Below, piece after piece: positions 40,631 to 53,277 of a DNA stretch of 64,000 nucleotides. Source of the DNA: Macrostomum lignano (taxonomy: Eukaryota); contig NIVC01001809.1 in assembly GCA_002269645.1 (NCBI GenBank), positions 170,754 through 234,753 of the forward strand, in the 5' to 3' direction. The position numbers and the translations under genes are program-made. Position 1 is the stretch's first letter, and the number at the start of each line of letters is the position of its first letter. The notes beneath the pieces were generated by a model. It was not told where the DNA came from. It was given only the letters and a program-made list of their open reading frames with translations, and did no database searches.

Positions 40631-43546
40631 TGCGAGACTCGAGAATTCTACGTAGAGGCGTGGGTTTCGATTTTGTTCGTAAGTCGGTTGTCTTCAGGTC
40701 AAGTTTATTTGATTAAATTTACAACTTCACTCTTACAAAAGCTAAAAAGTTCAAATATCATTAAAAAACAAATCAGGAGCTACGTTTGGTTTGACGGAAC
40801 TCTGCGCTACACAAAACCCCTGCCGTGACCCTCTGCTGGGGGCCGTCTGACTTTTTTAAGTTTGGGAAAATTCAAAAAAAATAACGAATACAAAAGTAAA
40901 GTTAGAAATGTTCCATGAAATGCGACTCAAAACCTGTGTATCCCCCGCCCCCTCCTTCCCATGGCTTGTAGGAAGCGTTGGGCTTCCTAACATTTTGGGG
41001 GGGGGGGTGAGGCATGAACTTCACGGTTAGCGAAATATTTCAGAAGCAGCAACCCGAACCAGCACCAGCAGTCAATTTTCATTGATGCAGAATTTCAGGG
41101 TGAAAGAGACCAGCTTTTTTCTCTCCAAACTTTTTGTTTTTAAAGCGATCTCTGCTACTCTCTGTTTGCTAGGTACAGGAAGATACAGGAAAAATCTTGT
41201 ATGCTTTCACACCAGAAGTTGCCTACTGGATCTCACGGACAGACAAATGATTGCCTTGAAAATGCTCTTAAAATGTCAGATATTTAAGCATTCAAAAACC
41301 GATAGAGCAGTAAGAGCACACTTCAGCTTGAACAAACTCACTCTTTGTGCTTGAGTTTGCAGACCTGCTCACACTCGGACTTTTGTTGTCTGTCGGTATG
41401 ATTTGCGCACAGGTGTCCGTTCAGAAAAAAAGTGCTGAACTCGGCGGAAGCTGTGGCTCTTATAGGATTTTTTGAGCAGTCCAGCTTGGCGTCCTGTAAG
41501 AGCCAATAGAGCTGCGTGCTGAGTTCTAATTGGACCACGAGCTCCTGAGATATTTATGGATGTTCATTTTTGTAGCAAATTCAAAGTCAAGATTTTCTGC
41601 TACAGCTGCATGGAGAACTATAGTAAGTGAATTCTTTACTTATCAATTAGAAAGGAACTGGATATATGTCGTATCGCTCGCTAGTGCATTTAGCGTCCTC
41701 GTCCTCTCCAGAGAAGTCGGATTTTTATAGCGCAGATTTTTCCAGACTAATTTTGTCTATGGCAAAAGCTTGTTTATCGGTCTTTCGAGGTCTTCAACGC
41801 TCGGCATGCAGTCGAACATGCTATCAAGGTCAATATTGTCGGACAGCACAAAATCCTCATCTCCATTTGACGGTTGCTCGAATTGCTTCTCTAGAAGGCG
41901 CTAATTTTCGGTTTTCTGTGAAAGGAGAACATCCATCTGTGAGGATGACACTCCAGATATGGCTTCTCCAGGAAGTTATTTGTAGTCGACATATAGTAAA
42001 CAAGTTTAACTGGTGGCTCTATGGTCTACATGTAGCTTTGATCGTGTGATTTCCCTGTTCCTCCCCAGTACTTCAAACCCTTCATATACATGTAGATATA
42101 TGTATATGTCCATGGCCGAGAAGGAGACTTCAAACCATATATACGAGCGTATGTTTAAAAAGCGTGCAGATAGCTTGCAGATGTCTATGGCCACGAGGGA
42201 GACACGTTTCTATAATGCGTCTAACCAAGGAGTTCTACAATTAGCAATCTGGAGCGGAAACGAGTTTTACCTCATGAGGCCACGCTAATTGTAAAGAATA
42301 AGGAGCCAGCACTGAATGTCTATGGCTCTGTCTGACTCTGTCTATGCAAGTCTGGCCTCATGAGGTAAAACTGAAAAACTCGTTTCCACTCCAGGTGGCT
42401 TATAATAGAACTCCTTGGTCTGGCACTAAATTTTTCGAGCTGTTAATTAAACGTCTACTTCTATGGAAGTTAGTGTCAATCATGGATTATACTAAAGCAC
42501 ACTACATGAACGAAGATCGAGATTACTCCGCAAACTATACGCCATACATATAAATATTTGTTATAACATTTTATTAGCTTATGTACTTTCTGATGACGAT
42601 TAAGCTAATCCATGATGGAATTTAACCCAGCCTCCCACGCTTGTCAGTTATGCAGGCATCACTTAATCGAAAGCTGAGTAAGTTTTTTTAAACGATGATC
42701 CGAGCTCTAACCTGATCCTCCCAGTTTCACTGAATAATTTGAGCTCTTCAAAAATCCTTTTAAAACAAAACGAAATTGTTGAGGCACTTTGTTAAACTTT
42801 TTATAATAAAAGAGTGTAAGCATAAAATGAGTGATTTAATGAAGTTTCACTGTAGCAAAACAAACTGACAAAGACAATTAATTAAAATAAAATTTCAAGA
42901 GAATGATAGGATTTGAAAAATTGTTTCATATATATATGCTTAACGGAATATTATGTTGTTACCATTCGGAATTTGTCGACAACGAGCGACTGAAGCTTTT
43001 AAAGGAACGGGCGATTATAACATTTGTTTGTTTAAATTGACTTTATCAGCGTTTCAAAAATGATCTCACCTAAGCTAAATACTTCTAACTCTATCCTCAC
43101 TTTTTCATAGTCATAAGGTGTTTTCTATGCAGGCGAGGTAATTCAAGATAAACAACTTCTTTTCTTAATAATATGGTCATCTACATTCAAGGATATTTCT
43201 TAAGCCTTTCCGCTCGGCACTGAACAACATAATCAAATCTGCGCCGATAGCAACCCAGTCCAATGAGTTCTCTGGACAAAAAACCATTGACGACAAGATG
43301 CGCAAGGATGCACTGATAGGTCTTATCCATGCAACTATTAATTTAAAGCACAAAGCATTATAGTTATCAGAAGACAGAAATAGAATTTACGAAATGTGTG
43401 ACATCTTCAAAGCGATCTATCGGAACACGCCACAAAAGCGACAAAGGTTGACAAAGGATTCCTTTGAATTCTACAGTTACAAAACTTTTTAGACAGACAG
43501 GCAGATCAACATTCGCAGCTGTGAAACAAAGGCGTCAAACTGTTAA

Positions 43547-43693
43547 TCAGATGAGTTCGTACTTTCTCAGATGCATCCGCTGGATGATGTCGCGGCAGTC
43601 TTTGAATACCCGACGAATGTTCTCAGTGTCCACCGCGCAGGTGAAGTGCGGATAACAGTTGTGCTGGCTGGGCTGGTCCACTGAGCTGATTTT
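43547..43693 (-). CDS. GNAS: G protein alpha-s, last exon
   Basis: Acceptor ttgcag|AAA; [38 protein letters not shown]. Confidence 0.95.
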   Translation of the reverse strand, partial: KISSVDQPSQHNCYPHFTCAVDTENIRRVFKDCRDIIQRMHLRKYELI

Positions 43694-43864
43694 CTGCAAG
43701 TTCAGGAAGTTCAGGGTGCATGTAGCAAGGGGGGGGCAACTTCAAACAACCCCCCTTTGTGCTGACGCCATTTGCTTGTCCAAGTGACGGGGGGGGGGCG
43801 AAGCAGACGCATGCAAGCAGATGCTGCGTACTAACCAATGATCAACTCTGCTTAACCTGTAGGC

Positions 43865-44040
43865 CTAGCGGGCCTAAATGTACTTTTAAACTAACATGTA
43901 CTTTGAACCGTACAAATTAAAGGACAAATGTACTTTGAAATGTACAAATTTAAGGACAAATGTACCTTAAAATGTACAAATTAAAGGACAAATGTACTTT
44001 GAAATGTACAAATTAAAGGACAAATTTACTCTAAAATGAG
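43865..44040. repeat. 32-bp tandem repeat in the last G-alpha-s intron
   Basis: AAATGTACTTTGAAATGTACAAATTAAAGGAC, about 4-5 copies (period 43921/43953/43985). Confidence 0.8.
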
Positions 44041-44211
44041 CCTTACTTCTTAATTTCTAAAATGTAATTAAAATACTTTAGCACACTCAGTTTAGAAGCC
44101 AGTAGTAGCATTAAGCCAGAGTTGAAAGATTCTGCTAACTAATAAATGTATATTTTTATACTCCTACTTATAGTAGGATAAAAGCCCCAAAATTGCATGA
44201 CATCTACTCAC

Positions 44212-44282
44212 CAAAAATTGATCCCTAATAAAGCACTTGGCCCTGACAACCGTCGGCTCCTCTCTATGAAGCGAGCCATTTG
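44212..44282 (-). CDS. GNAS: G protein alpha-s, exon 6
   Basis: ttttcag|CA...EEPTVVRAKCFIRDQFL|gtgagt; phases 1 to 0 fit the neighbouring exons. Confidence 0.9.
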
Positions 44283-44409
44283 CTGAAAATTGTTATGATG
44301 AGTAGGAACGCTCGATTTGTTTCTTTGTTTTATCGTTTTAATTAAATATATCAAAGTGCAATCAATACACACTACTAAGCAAAATCAATGAGTAGCAATT
44401 ACTGCTCAC

Positions 44410-44543
44410 CATCGCTCGGTTGCAGCTGGTAATCAGCGTAGGCTGGGAAATAGTCCTCCAGGTGGGACTTGCCGGCAAGAATCTTCTCGGTCAGTAGGTC
44501 CTGCTTATTTAGAAATAGAATCACGGATATGCTGCGGAGGTAC
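44410..44543 (-). CDS. GNAS: G protein alpha-s, exon 5
   Basis: [17 protein letters not shown] (G4 NKxD motif); ttccag| ... G|gtgagc. Confidence 0.95.
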
Positions 44544-44797
44544 CTGGAAAATAGCAATTTTTTTGTGGATTAATTATTTGCATGGGCTCAATCCCAGCTG
44601 AGACCATTTCTATTTGGAGATTTTGTTCGCTTAGTTTAAAAGTGCAGGAATTATTGGCGTATAAATGAGATGGAATGGTTGGGGTTAGGGTTTGGGGACA
44701 GGTAAGGTCAGGGCCAAAAGTCCGAAAAGGTGCCTTCTCTGGGTTGCCACCGTGAAGGGCGCGCTCTGCATCTCTCCGACTTGCTCTTGACCTTCAC

Positions 44798-45106
44798 CTG
44801 TTAGTCCAAATTGACTGGAACAGTTCCAGACTCTCTTTCAGCCGATTCTGAGACGGGTCCTCACGCAGTACCATGTTGTACGAGGAGCAGGCAGCGACAA
44901 ATATAATGGCTGTGACATCGTTGAAGCACTGGATCCATTTGCGACGCTCGTCTCGTTGACCGCCCACGTCAAACATGTGAAAATTGACCTTGTCAACGGT
45001 GAACTTTGTCTCGAAGATGCCCGAGGTGAGCACGCGACAACGGAGAATGTCCTGCTCGCTGGGCTCGTAGTCATCGCGACCGACTTCTGTCACCTTGTCT
45101 AGGAAG
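44798..45106 (-). CDS. GNAS: G protein alpha-s, exon 4
   Basis: [17 protein letters not shown] (switch I Arg), [18 protein letters not shown] (G3), NRLKESL. Confidence 0.97.
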
Positions 45107-45129
45107 CTGGCGGCGGTGAGGCAGGTGTG

Positions 45130-45340
45130 TCAGCTGTTTGGATGCGTAATTATCTGAGAGACAGGTGTGTCATTATCTGTTTGAATGTGTAATTATCTGG
45201 GAGACAGGTGTGTCATTATCTGTTTGGATGGGTAATTATCTGGGAGACAGGTGTGTCATTATCTGTTTGGATGGGTAATTATCTGAGAGACAGGTTGCGT
45301 CAATACCTGTTTGGATGGATAATTATCTGGGAGGCAGATG
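45130..45340. repeat. About 43-bp tandem repeat (GAGACAGGTGTGTCATTATCTGTTTGGATGGGTAATTATCTGG)
   Basis: 4-5 copies immediately upstream of the exon-4 acceptor. Confidence 0.8.
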
Positions 45341-45662
45341 TCATTGACTGGTTTGTTGCTTATGGCAGACAAAAGTGCAAATATTCAGTACATGGTTACA
45401 AGTCACTTTCTGTGTACGGATAAGATACCTGATTAATAAAAGTACATAGTGACAGTTGGTACGAGTATACTATTCAGGGCTTAGCCATGATTTTTAGTGT
45501 GAGGCGCACTTGACAGACTCATAAAAATTTACGGAATCCCAGCTCCATGTGATTAATCAGTCAGTCAGTCAAAACTCGTCTTGTTACATGTAAGAGCGTG
45601 AGCAAGTCATCCCTAACCATGTGAGCCCAGATCTCACATCTTGCCTGCCGTTATCAGTTCCA

Positions 45663-46009
<347 letters not shown>

Positions 46010-46242
46010 GCTGCTGCTCCAAGCTCTGCAGCCCTCCGCGCACCAGCCTGTAATCTGCAAACAAATCCATAATCCTATTTTTGGAACCAATTCTGTCATA
46101 TATTCTGAAAAATTAATAATACACATAGGTGCAGAAATATCTTTAAAATCTATTCATCATAAACTAGGAAATATTTCAGGAAAAAAAGTTTGATAAGTAC
46201 ATTAATAACTTTCTGAAAAATTGATGGACCTAAAAAAATAGC

Positions 46243-48665
46243 TATGGCGCCTACAATCAAATGAAATGGCGCGCACAATCAAATGAAATGGCGCCCACAA
46301 TCAAATGAAATGGCGCCCACAATCAAATAAAATGGCGCCCACAATCAAATGATATGGCGCCCACAATCAAATGAAATGGCGCCCACAATCAAATGATATA
46401 GCGCCCACAATCAAATGGAATGGTGTTGTAACCCGGGTCGGCTTGGGTGCCCAGTCCCGAGTACAATATATATTATATGTGATATAACAGGCGTCGTGAC
46501 GCTCTGTCTGTACTTTTATGAATACAACGAGCAGGCGTGGCGACGCTCTGCGATAATAATTCGATCCCTCTGGTGTTGTGACACTCAGAGTTCACGCTGC
46601 GGCTCGAGGTGTGGTGACACTCTCGAGTGCTTCTATTCTCTATACCGTAGGGCGTACGCAATATATATGGTAAACGGTACCGTACTACAGAAGCTATATG
46701 GTCTCCCGGCGTTATGACGCTCTGGCAAGAATTCGGCCTAGCAAGCTTCCCGGAAAGAAAGGACTCAAACAGCAGGCGGCTTACCAGTGGCCAGATGACT
46801 GTTCACCGTTTATTATTCGCAGGTCTCAAGCGCAGTTTCCGACTTCTTCTTAATTCTCCAAGACTCTTCTCAATTAGGCTATTGTGTTTCTTTTATCCAA
46901 GTAGCTAATGTTGCTGTTTCTTTTATCAGGTCTCGCGCTTGCACTCTCGGAGCACACCAAAACACAAAAAGTACGCCGGTGGTGGGCAAGAGCCAGAGTC
47001 GCACCATAAATAGCACCCAAACCCTGGGGCAGACGGCCCCACCGGCTAAGCTCACCAAAACAAACCACGCCGGCCCAGCCAATCAAAACCCCGCCTAAGG
47101 GGGGAGGGGCTGCACCCGCGCCAAAGCTGGCCCGGCCGCAGCCAACCAGCCCTGAGCACGGGGCAGGGGAACGGCTGGGGAGGGGCACGCGCAAAGCCCG
47201 GCCGGGGCCAGACCCTGCCACGCCCGCCAACCCCCCCACCCAGCCCCAAAGTGCAACGCGCCCTGCCAACTGACAAGGGCGCATGCACTACAATGGCGCC
47301 CCTAATCAAATGAAATGGCGCCTTTAATCGAATGAAACGGCGCCCCAACAATCAAATGAAATGGCGCCCTACAATCAAATGAAATGGCGCCCTACAATCA
47401 AATAAAATGGCGCCCACAATCAACTGAAATGGTGCCCTACAATCAAATGAAATGGCGCCCCTAATCAAATGAAATGGCGCCCCTAATCAAATGAAATGGC
47501 GCCCCTACAATCAAATAAAATGGCGCCCACAATCAACTGAAATGGTGCCCTATAATCAAATGAAATGGCGCCCACAATCAAATGGAATGGCGCCCCTAAT
47601 CAAATAAAATGGCGCCTTTAATCGAATGAAACGGCTCCCCTACAATCAAATGAAATGGCGCCCCACAATCAAATGGAATGGCGCCCCTAATCAAATGAAA
47701 TGGCGCCTTCAATCGAATGAAACGGCTCCCCTACAATCAAATGAAATGGTGCCCTACAATCAAATGAAATGGCGCCCCTACAATCAAATAAAATGGCGCC
47801 CACAATCAACTGAAATGGTGCCCTACAATCAAATGAAATGGCGCCCCTAATCAAATGAAATGGCGCCCCTAATCAAATGAAATGGCGCCCCTACAATCAA
47901 ATAAAATGGCGCCCACAATCAACTGAAATGGTGCCCTATAATCAAATGAAATGGTGCCCTATAATCAAATGAAATGGCGCCCACAATCAAATGGAATGGC
48001 GCCCCTAATCAAATAAAATGGCGCCTTTAATCGAATGAAACGGCTCCCCTACAATCAAATGAAATGGCGCCCCACAATCAAATGGAATGGCGCCCCTAAT
48101 CAAATGAAATGGCGCCTTTAATCGAATGAAACGGCGCCCCTACAATCAAATGAAATGGCGCCCACAATCGAATAAAATGGCGCCCACAATCGAATGAAAT
48201 GGCGCCCACAATCGAATGAAATGGCTCCCCTACAATCAAATGAAATGGTGCCCTATAATCGAATGAAATGGCGCCCACAATCGAATGAAATGGCGCCCAC
48301 AATCGAATGATATAGCGCCCACAATCGAATGAAATGGCTCCCCTACAATCAAATGAAATGGTGCCCTATAATCGAATGAAATGGCGCCCACAATCGAATG
48401 AAATGGCGCCCACAATCGAATGAAACGGCTTCCCTACAATCAAATGAAATGGCGCCCCTAATCAAATGAAATGGCGCAAACAATCAAATGAAACGGCGCC
48501 CACAATCAAATGAATTGGCGCCCCTAATCAAATGAAATGGCGCCCCTACAATCAAATGAAATGGCGCCCACAATCAAATGAAATGGCGCCTTTAATCAAA
48601 TAAAATGGCGCCTTTAATCAAATGAAATGGCGCCCCTACAATCAAATGAAATCGCGCCCCTAATC
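46243..48665. repeat. Minisatellite, 22-24-bp unit AATCAAATGAAATGGCGCCC(C)(T)AC, interrupted by a solo LTR
   Basis: Arrays at about 46243-46423 and 47293-48665. Confidence 0.93.
46424..47292 (-). mobile_element. Solo LTR (869 bp), second family, inserted in the minisatellite
   Basis: TGT...ACA termini (minus strand starts TGTAGTG, like the other LTRs); 4-bp TSD ATGG at 46420-46423 and 47293-47296; ATTGG and TATTTAT boxes on the minus strand. Confidence 0.8.
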
Positions 48666-49429
48666 AAAAAGCGCCCTCTTCGAATAAAAAATCCATTCTG
48701 CACTCCCTAATGCGCTAAGCAAGTGCCGTACTACCCGCTAAAAACTCACTAAATCCAGCCAAGCCAAACCAGCAATACGACTCGTAAAGTCGGTCGGTCA
48801 GTCGGGAAAAGTAAACAAAACTGGCTGGTGGTGGGCCTCTTGTTCTCTGCTCTGCGCCAGCGAGTGGCTTAGATTGGGCCAAGGAGAGCTTCAACCGAAT
48901 CTGGATTGCAAACTCTTTTCCTGAGCTCGCGGGTCTTACTTGGTCTTGACCAATTACGAGTAAAACAAATTGCCTTCATTCTTTAAAGAGGCAGAGCAGT
49001 TCAGCGTTTACCGCGTCTTGATTTCGATGTGTGTTCTATAATCCTTGATCAGTCTGAAGGCGTCTTGAAACAACGGATCTGGGTAAACAGTCTCGACCTC
49101 CTTGGCTCGACCCCAACCCGCGCTGAGTCTTGAGTTGAGAAAAAATGCTTGGAGCAAAAGCAAAGGTTAGTTTATCTGTGGAACCAGGAAAACTTGCAGT
49201 ATGGCCGCCACGGCTGAAGCAGCTGATAAGCTTTTGCTACGGCCAGGGTAGTGGATAAGACAACAAGTGTTTTGTAAGGCGCAGCCCCATGCATAAGCGT
49301 AATTAAATAGACAGGAAGTTATGAAAAAGTAATAAGACAAGCCTGGAAATTATTTTGTGACTCTAGAAAACATATTTAGACCCTAGCAACCGCTTGTGAG
49401 ATCTTAACAACAATTTGGAGAACATAGCA

Positions 49430-50720
49430 GCCATTCTGATACCCTAGCAACCATTCAGATACCCTAGCAACCATTCAGATACCCTAGCAACCATTCAGAT
49501 ACCCTAGCAACCATTCAGAGACCCTAGCAACCAAGCAGATACCCTAACAACCATTCAGATACCCTAGCAACCATTCAGATACCCTAGCAACCATTCAGAT
49601 ACCCTAGCAACCATTCAGATACCCTAGCAACCATTCAGATACCCTAACAACCATTCAGATACCCTAGCAACCATTCAGATACCCTAGCAACCAAGCAGAT
49701 ACCCTAGCAACCATTCAGGTACCCTAGCAACCATTCAGATACCCTAGCAACCAAGCAGATACCCTAACAACCATTCAGATACCCTAGCAACCATTCAGAT
49801 ACCCTAGCAACCATTCAGATACCCTAGCAACCATTCAGATACCCTAGCAACCATTCAGATACCCTAACAACCATTCAGATACCCTAGCAACCATTCAGAT
49901 ACCCTAGCAACCAAGCAGATACCCTAACAACCATTCAGATACCCTAGCAACCATTCAGATACCCTAGCAACCATTCAGATACCCTAACAACCATTCAGAT
50001 ACCCTAGCAACCATTCAGATACCCTAGCAACCATTCAGATACCCTAGCAACCATTCAGATACCCTAGCAACCATTCAGATACCCTAACAACCATTCAGAT
50101 ACCCTAGCAACCATTCAGATACCCTAGCAACCATTCAGATACCCTAGCAACCAAGCAGATACCCTAGCAACCATTCAGATACCCTAGCAACCATTCAGAT
50201 ACCCTAACAACCATTCAGATACCCTAGCAACCATTCAGATACCCTAGCAACCATTCAGATACCCTAGCAACCATTCAGATACCCTAACAACCATTCAGAT
50301 ACCCTAGCAACCATTCAGATACCCTAGCAACCATTCAGATACCCTAGCAACCATTCAGATACCCTAACAACCATTCAGATACCCTAGCAACCATTCAGAT
50401 ACCCTAGCAACCATTCAGATACCCTAGCAACCAAGCAGATACCCTAGCAACCATTCAGATACCCTAGCAACCATTCAGATACCCTAACAACCATTCAGAT
50501 ACCCTAGCAACCATTCAGATACCCTAGCAACCATTCAGATACCCTAGCAACCATTCAGATACCCTAGCAACCATTCAGATACCCTAACAACCATTCAGAT
50601 ACCCTAGCAACCATTCAGATACCCTAGCAACCATTCAGATACCCTAGCAACCATTCAGATACCCTAGCAACCATTCAGATACCCTAACAACCATTCAGAT
50701 ACTCTAGCAACCATTTGTGG
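49430..50720. repeat. Minisatellite, 20-bp unit GATACCCTAGCAACCATTCA
   Basis: About 63 highly homogeneous copies; degenerate related units on both flanks (about 49380 and 50720-50880). Confidence 0.97.
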
Positions 50721-50904
50721 GACCTTAGAAACTATTTTGAGACAACTAACAATGATTTTTGAGACCTTAGCAACCATTTCGAGACCCTTAAAACCATGCA
50801 CACAGACCCTAGCAACCATATGAAGACCTTGGCAACCATTTGACAAAAACCCTAACAACGATAGAGTCCCCAGCAACAAGGAACCCTCAACCAATCAAAC
50901 TCAC

Positions 50905-51177
50905 TACTTGGCGCAGTCGATCAGCTGGTACTCGTTGGCCCTCTCATACGCCGCCTGCACGCCAGAATCCGACCACAGAGCCTGGGTGTGCCTGAAGAAC
51001 TCGGGCGGATAGTCAAAGTCTGGCCGGCTGGCCGAGCTGTGCATGAACTCCAAGCTGTCCGAGTTGCCGGGGTCGCCCAGCTCAATTGGCGGATTGAGGC
51101 CCGACATCGCGCCGGTGATGGACAGAATCGCGTCGCGGACATTTCTACGAATGTCCTGCACCTTCTGTCGCTTCTCT
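50905..51177 (-). CDS. GNAS: G protein alpha-s, exon 3 (helical domain)
   Basis: [25 protein letters not shown]...[37 protein letters not shown]; ccgcag| ... TA|gtgagt. Confidence 0.96.
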
Positions 51178-51284
51178 CTGCGGGAATTTGTTCAATTTGA
51201 ATTCCCGCACGATCGTTGAATTCTTTAAGCCAACCAGTTCTTCTACTCACACCTGTCATTCTGTGCTTAATCCCATGACACATG

Positions 51285-52045
51285 TGCTCAATACCCTGAC
51301 ACCTGTGCTCAATACCCTGACACCTGTGCTCAATACCCTGACACCTGTGCTCAATACCCTGACACCTGTGCTCAATACCCTGACACCTGTGCTCAATACC
51401 CTGACACCTGTGCTCAATACCCTGACACCTGTGCTCAATACCCTGACACCTGTGCTCAATCCCATGACACCTGTGCTCAATACCCTGACACCTGTGCTCA
51501 ATACCCTGACACCTGTGCTCAATACCCTGACACCTGTGCTCAATACCCTGACACCTGTGCTCAATACCCTGACACCTGTGCTCAATACCCTGACACCTGT
51601 GCTCAATACCCTGACACCTGTGCTCAATACCCTGACAAATGTACTCAATACCCTGACAAATGAACTCAATACCCCTGACACCTGTGCTCAATACCCTGAC
51701 ACATGTGCTCAATAACCTGATACCTGTGCTCAATACTCTGACACCTGTGCTCAATACCCCTGACAAATGTGACCGATACCCTGACACCTGTGCCCAATAC
51801 CCTTGTCATGTCACGTAACCGATTCCCTGACACATGTTCTCAATACCCCTGACACCTGTGTTCAATACCCTGATACTAGTACCTGTGCTCAATACCCTGA
51901 CACATGTGCTCAATAACCTGATACCTGTGCTCAATACCCTGACACGTGCTCAATACCCCTGACACATGTGGTCAATAACCTGACACCTGTGCTCAATACC
52001 CTGCCACCTGTGCTCAATACCCTGACACGTGACCAATACTCTGAT
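51285..52045. repeat. Intron-2 minisatellite, 21-bp unit CACCTGTGCTCAATACCCTGA
   Basis: About 18 near-perfect plus about 15 degenerate copies. Confidence 0.95.
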
Positions 52046-52244
52046 CACACTAGCGCTGGATATCCTGATACCTTCTTCTAATCTACTGTACCAGAATTTA
52101 TTAGAGGCAGGGGGTGCACTTTAAGACTACTTGGCTGCGGCCCCCTCGCAATATACCTGCTTACCTGTGGACTTAATCCTTTGACACCGACTCTAAAACC
52201 ATTAAAAATTCAAAGATTCAAAGTAATTGTCAAATCAAACTTAC

Positions 52245-52317
52245 TCAGCGCTGAATCCGTCAATATGCAAAATGCGCATCTGCTTGACTATAGTGCTCTT
52301 GCCTGACTCGCCTGCGC
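52245..52317 (-). CDS. GNAS: G protein alpha-s, exon 2 (P-loop)
   Basis: taacag|GC...(G)[23 protein letters not shown](E)|gtaagt. Confidence 0.96.
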
Positions 52318-52364
52318 CTGTTAATTGAATTGTTAATTGGAGACTTGGAAACGGTTGTAGCCTT

Positions 52365-52760
52365 GTGCCGGGGGTGTAGTCTAGTGGGGGTGTAGTCTAG
52401 TGAGGGGTTGTAGCCTAGTGAGGGGTTTTAGCCTAGTGAGGGGTTGTAGCCTAGTGAGGGGTTGTAGCCTAGTGAGGGGTTGTAGCCTAGTGGGGGAGGT
52501 TGTAGCTTAGAGCGTCGGACCTTCAACTGAAAGGTCGGGGGTTCGATTCTCGTCTCACTCGGAACAATTTGTGACCTTGAGAAAGACACTGAACTCTGCA
52601 TTGCTTTAGTTCATCCAGCTGTAAAATGGGTGCCAGCATTAGCTGGGATAATTGAGGATGTGTGGCGACCCCCTAGTCCTTGGATTGAACAGCCGTAAGC
52701 AGCTAGCTGCGGCTGAGCTGTCGGTTGCACATCTGCCCATTAGAGCAGGTGTAATAAAAA
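52365..52760 (+). mobile_element. tRNA-derived SINE whose 5' end is amplified as an 18-bp tandem repeat (TTGTAGCCTAGTGAGGGG)
   Basis: A-box-like GTAGCCTAGTGG...TTAGAGCGTCGGAC; B-box GGTTCGATTCT (52540-52550); CORE-like GTGACCTTGAGAAAGACACTGAACT...CATCCAGCTGTAAAATGGGT. The 3' boundary is approximate. Confidence 0.7.
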
Positions 52761-52843
52761 TATAGACAATATACAGATTTAGTGCATTCGAAATTGGGAT
52801 TTAAAAATGGGGAAGGACAGGTGAACGAACGCTGGCCACCCAC

Positions 52844-52961
52844 CCAGCAGAAGCAGTCTGTGAGTACCGCTGTACTCCTCGCGCTCCTTCCGCAGCTTCC
52901 TCTCGATGCTGCGACTTCGAAGTTCGCCCTCGTCTGGTTTACCGAGTCTAAAGCAGCCCAT
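52844..52961 (-). CDS. GNAS: G protein alpha-s, proximal first exon (1b): MGCF...THRLLLL
   Basis: Canonical Gs start MGC and HRLLLLG; phase-1 donor G|gtgggt. Gives a 374-aa protein. Confidence 0.92.
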
Positions 52962-53277
52962 TGTCGGCAGCTGCTCGAAGTTTTTCTAATTTCTGGATGC
53001 TTTTAAAGACAGCAGACTATGGTCTACATTTTTTACTTAGCTGAGATTCACTCAGCTTTGCGATGTCTGTAGAGAGATTTCTTCTTACGAAAGTACTGAA
53101 TTTAAATGCGCGCCCATTCGTCGTTAAATTTATCGCGTTATTTGGAATTCCGTAAAAAAGCGCTATGCATAGCTAAGAGAAGTCTTAAGTTCTTAACGTT
53201 TGTTGAAATATTATAGCGTTTTTTTGTGCTAATAATTACAAACATTTTTTTCAACAACAGCTAGATTCTGTGTTAGA

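Noticed and set aside
44680-44700. Telomere-like GGGGTTAGGGTTTGGGG
   Set aside because: Only a single TTAGGG; expected by chance.
48700-49260. Possible hAT transposase C-terminal remnant
   Set aside because: Only a vague ERLFS-like resemblance with multiple stops; cannot be supported by eye.
52490-52565. Functional tRNA gene
   Set aside because: No closed cloverleaf or acceptor stem, and it continues into a SINE CORE-like body.
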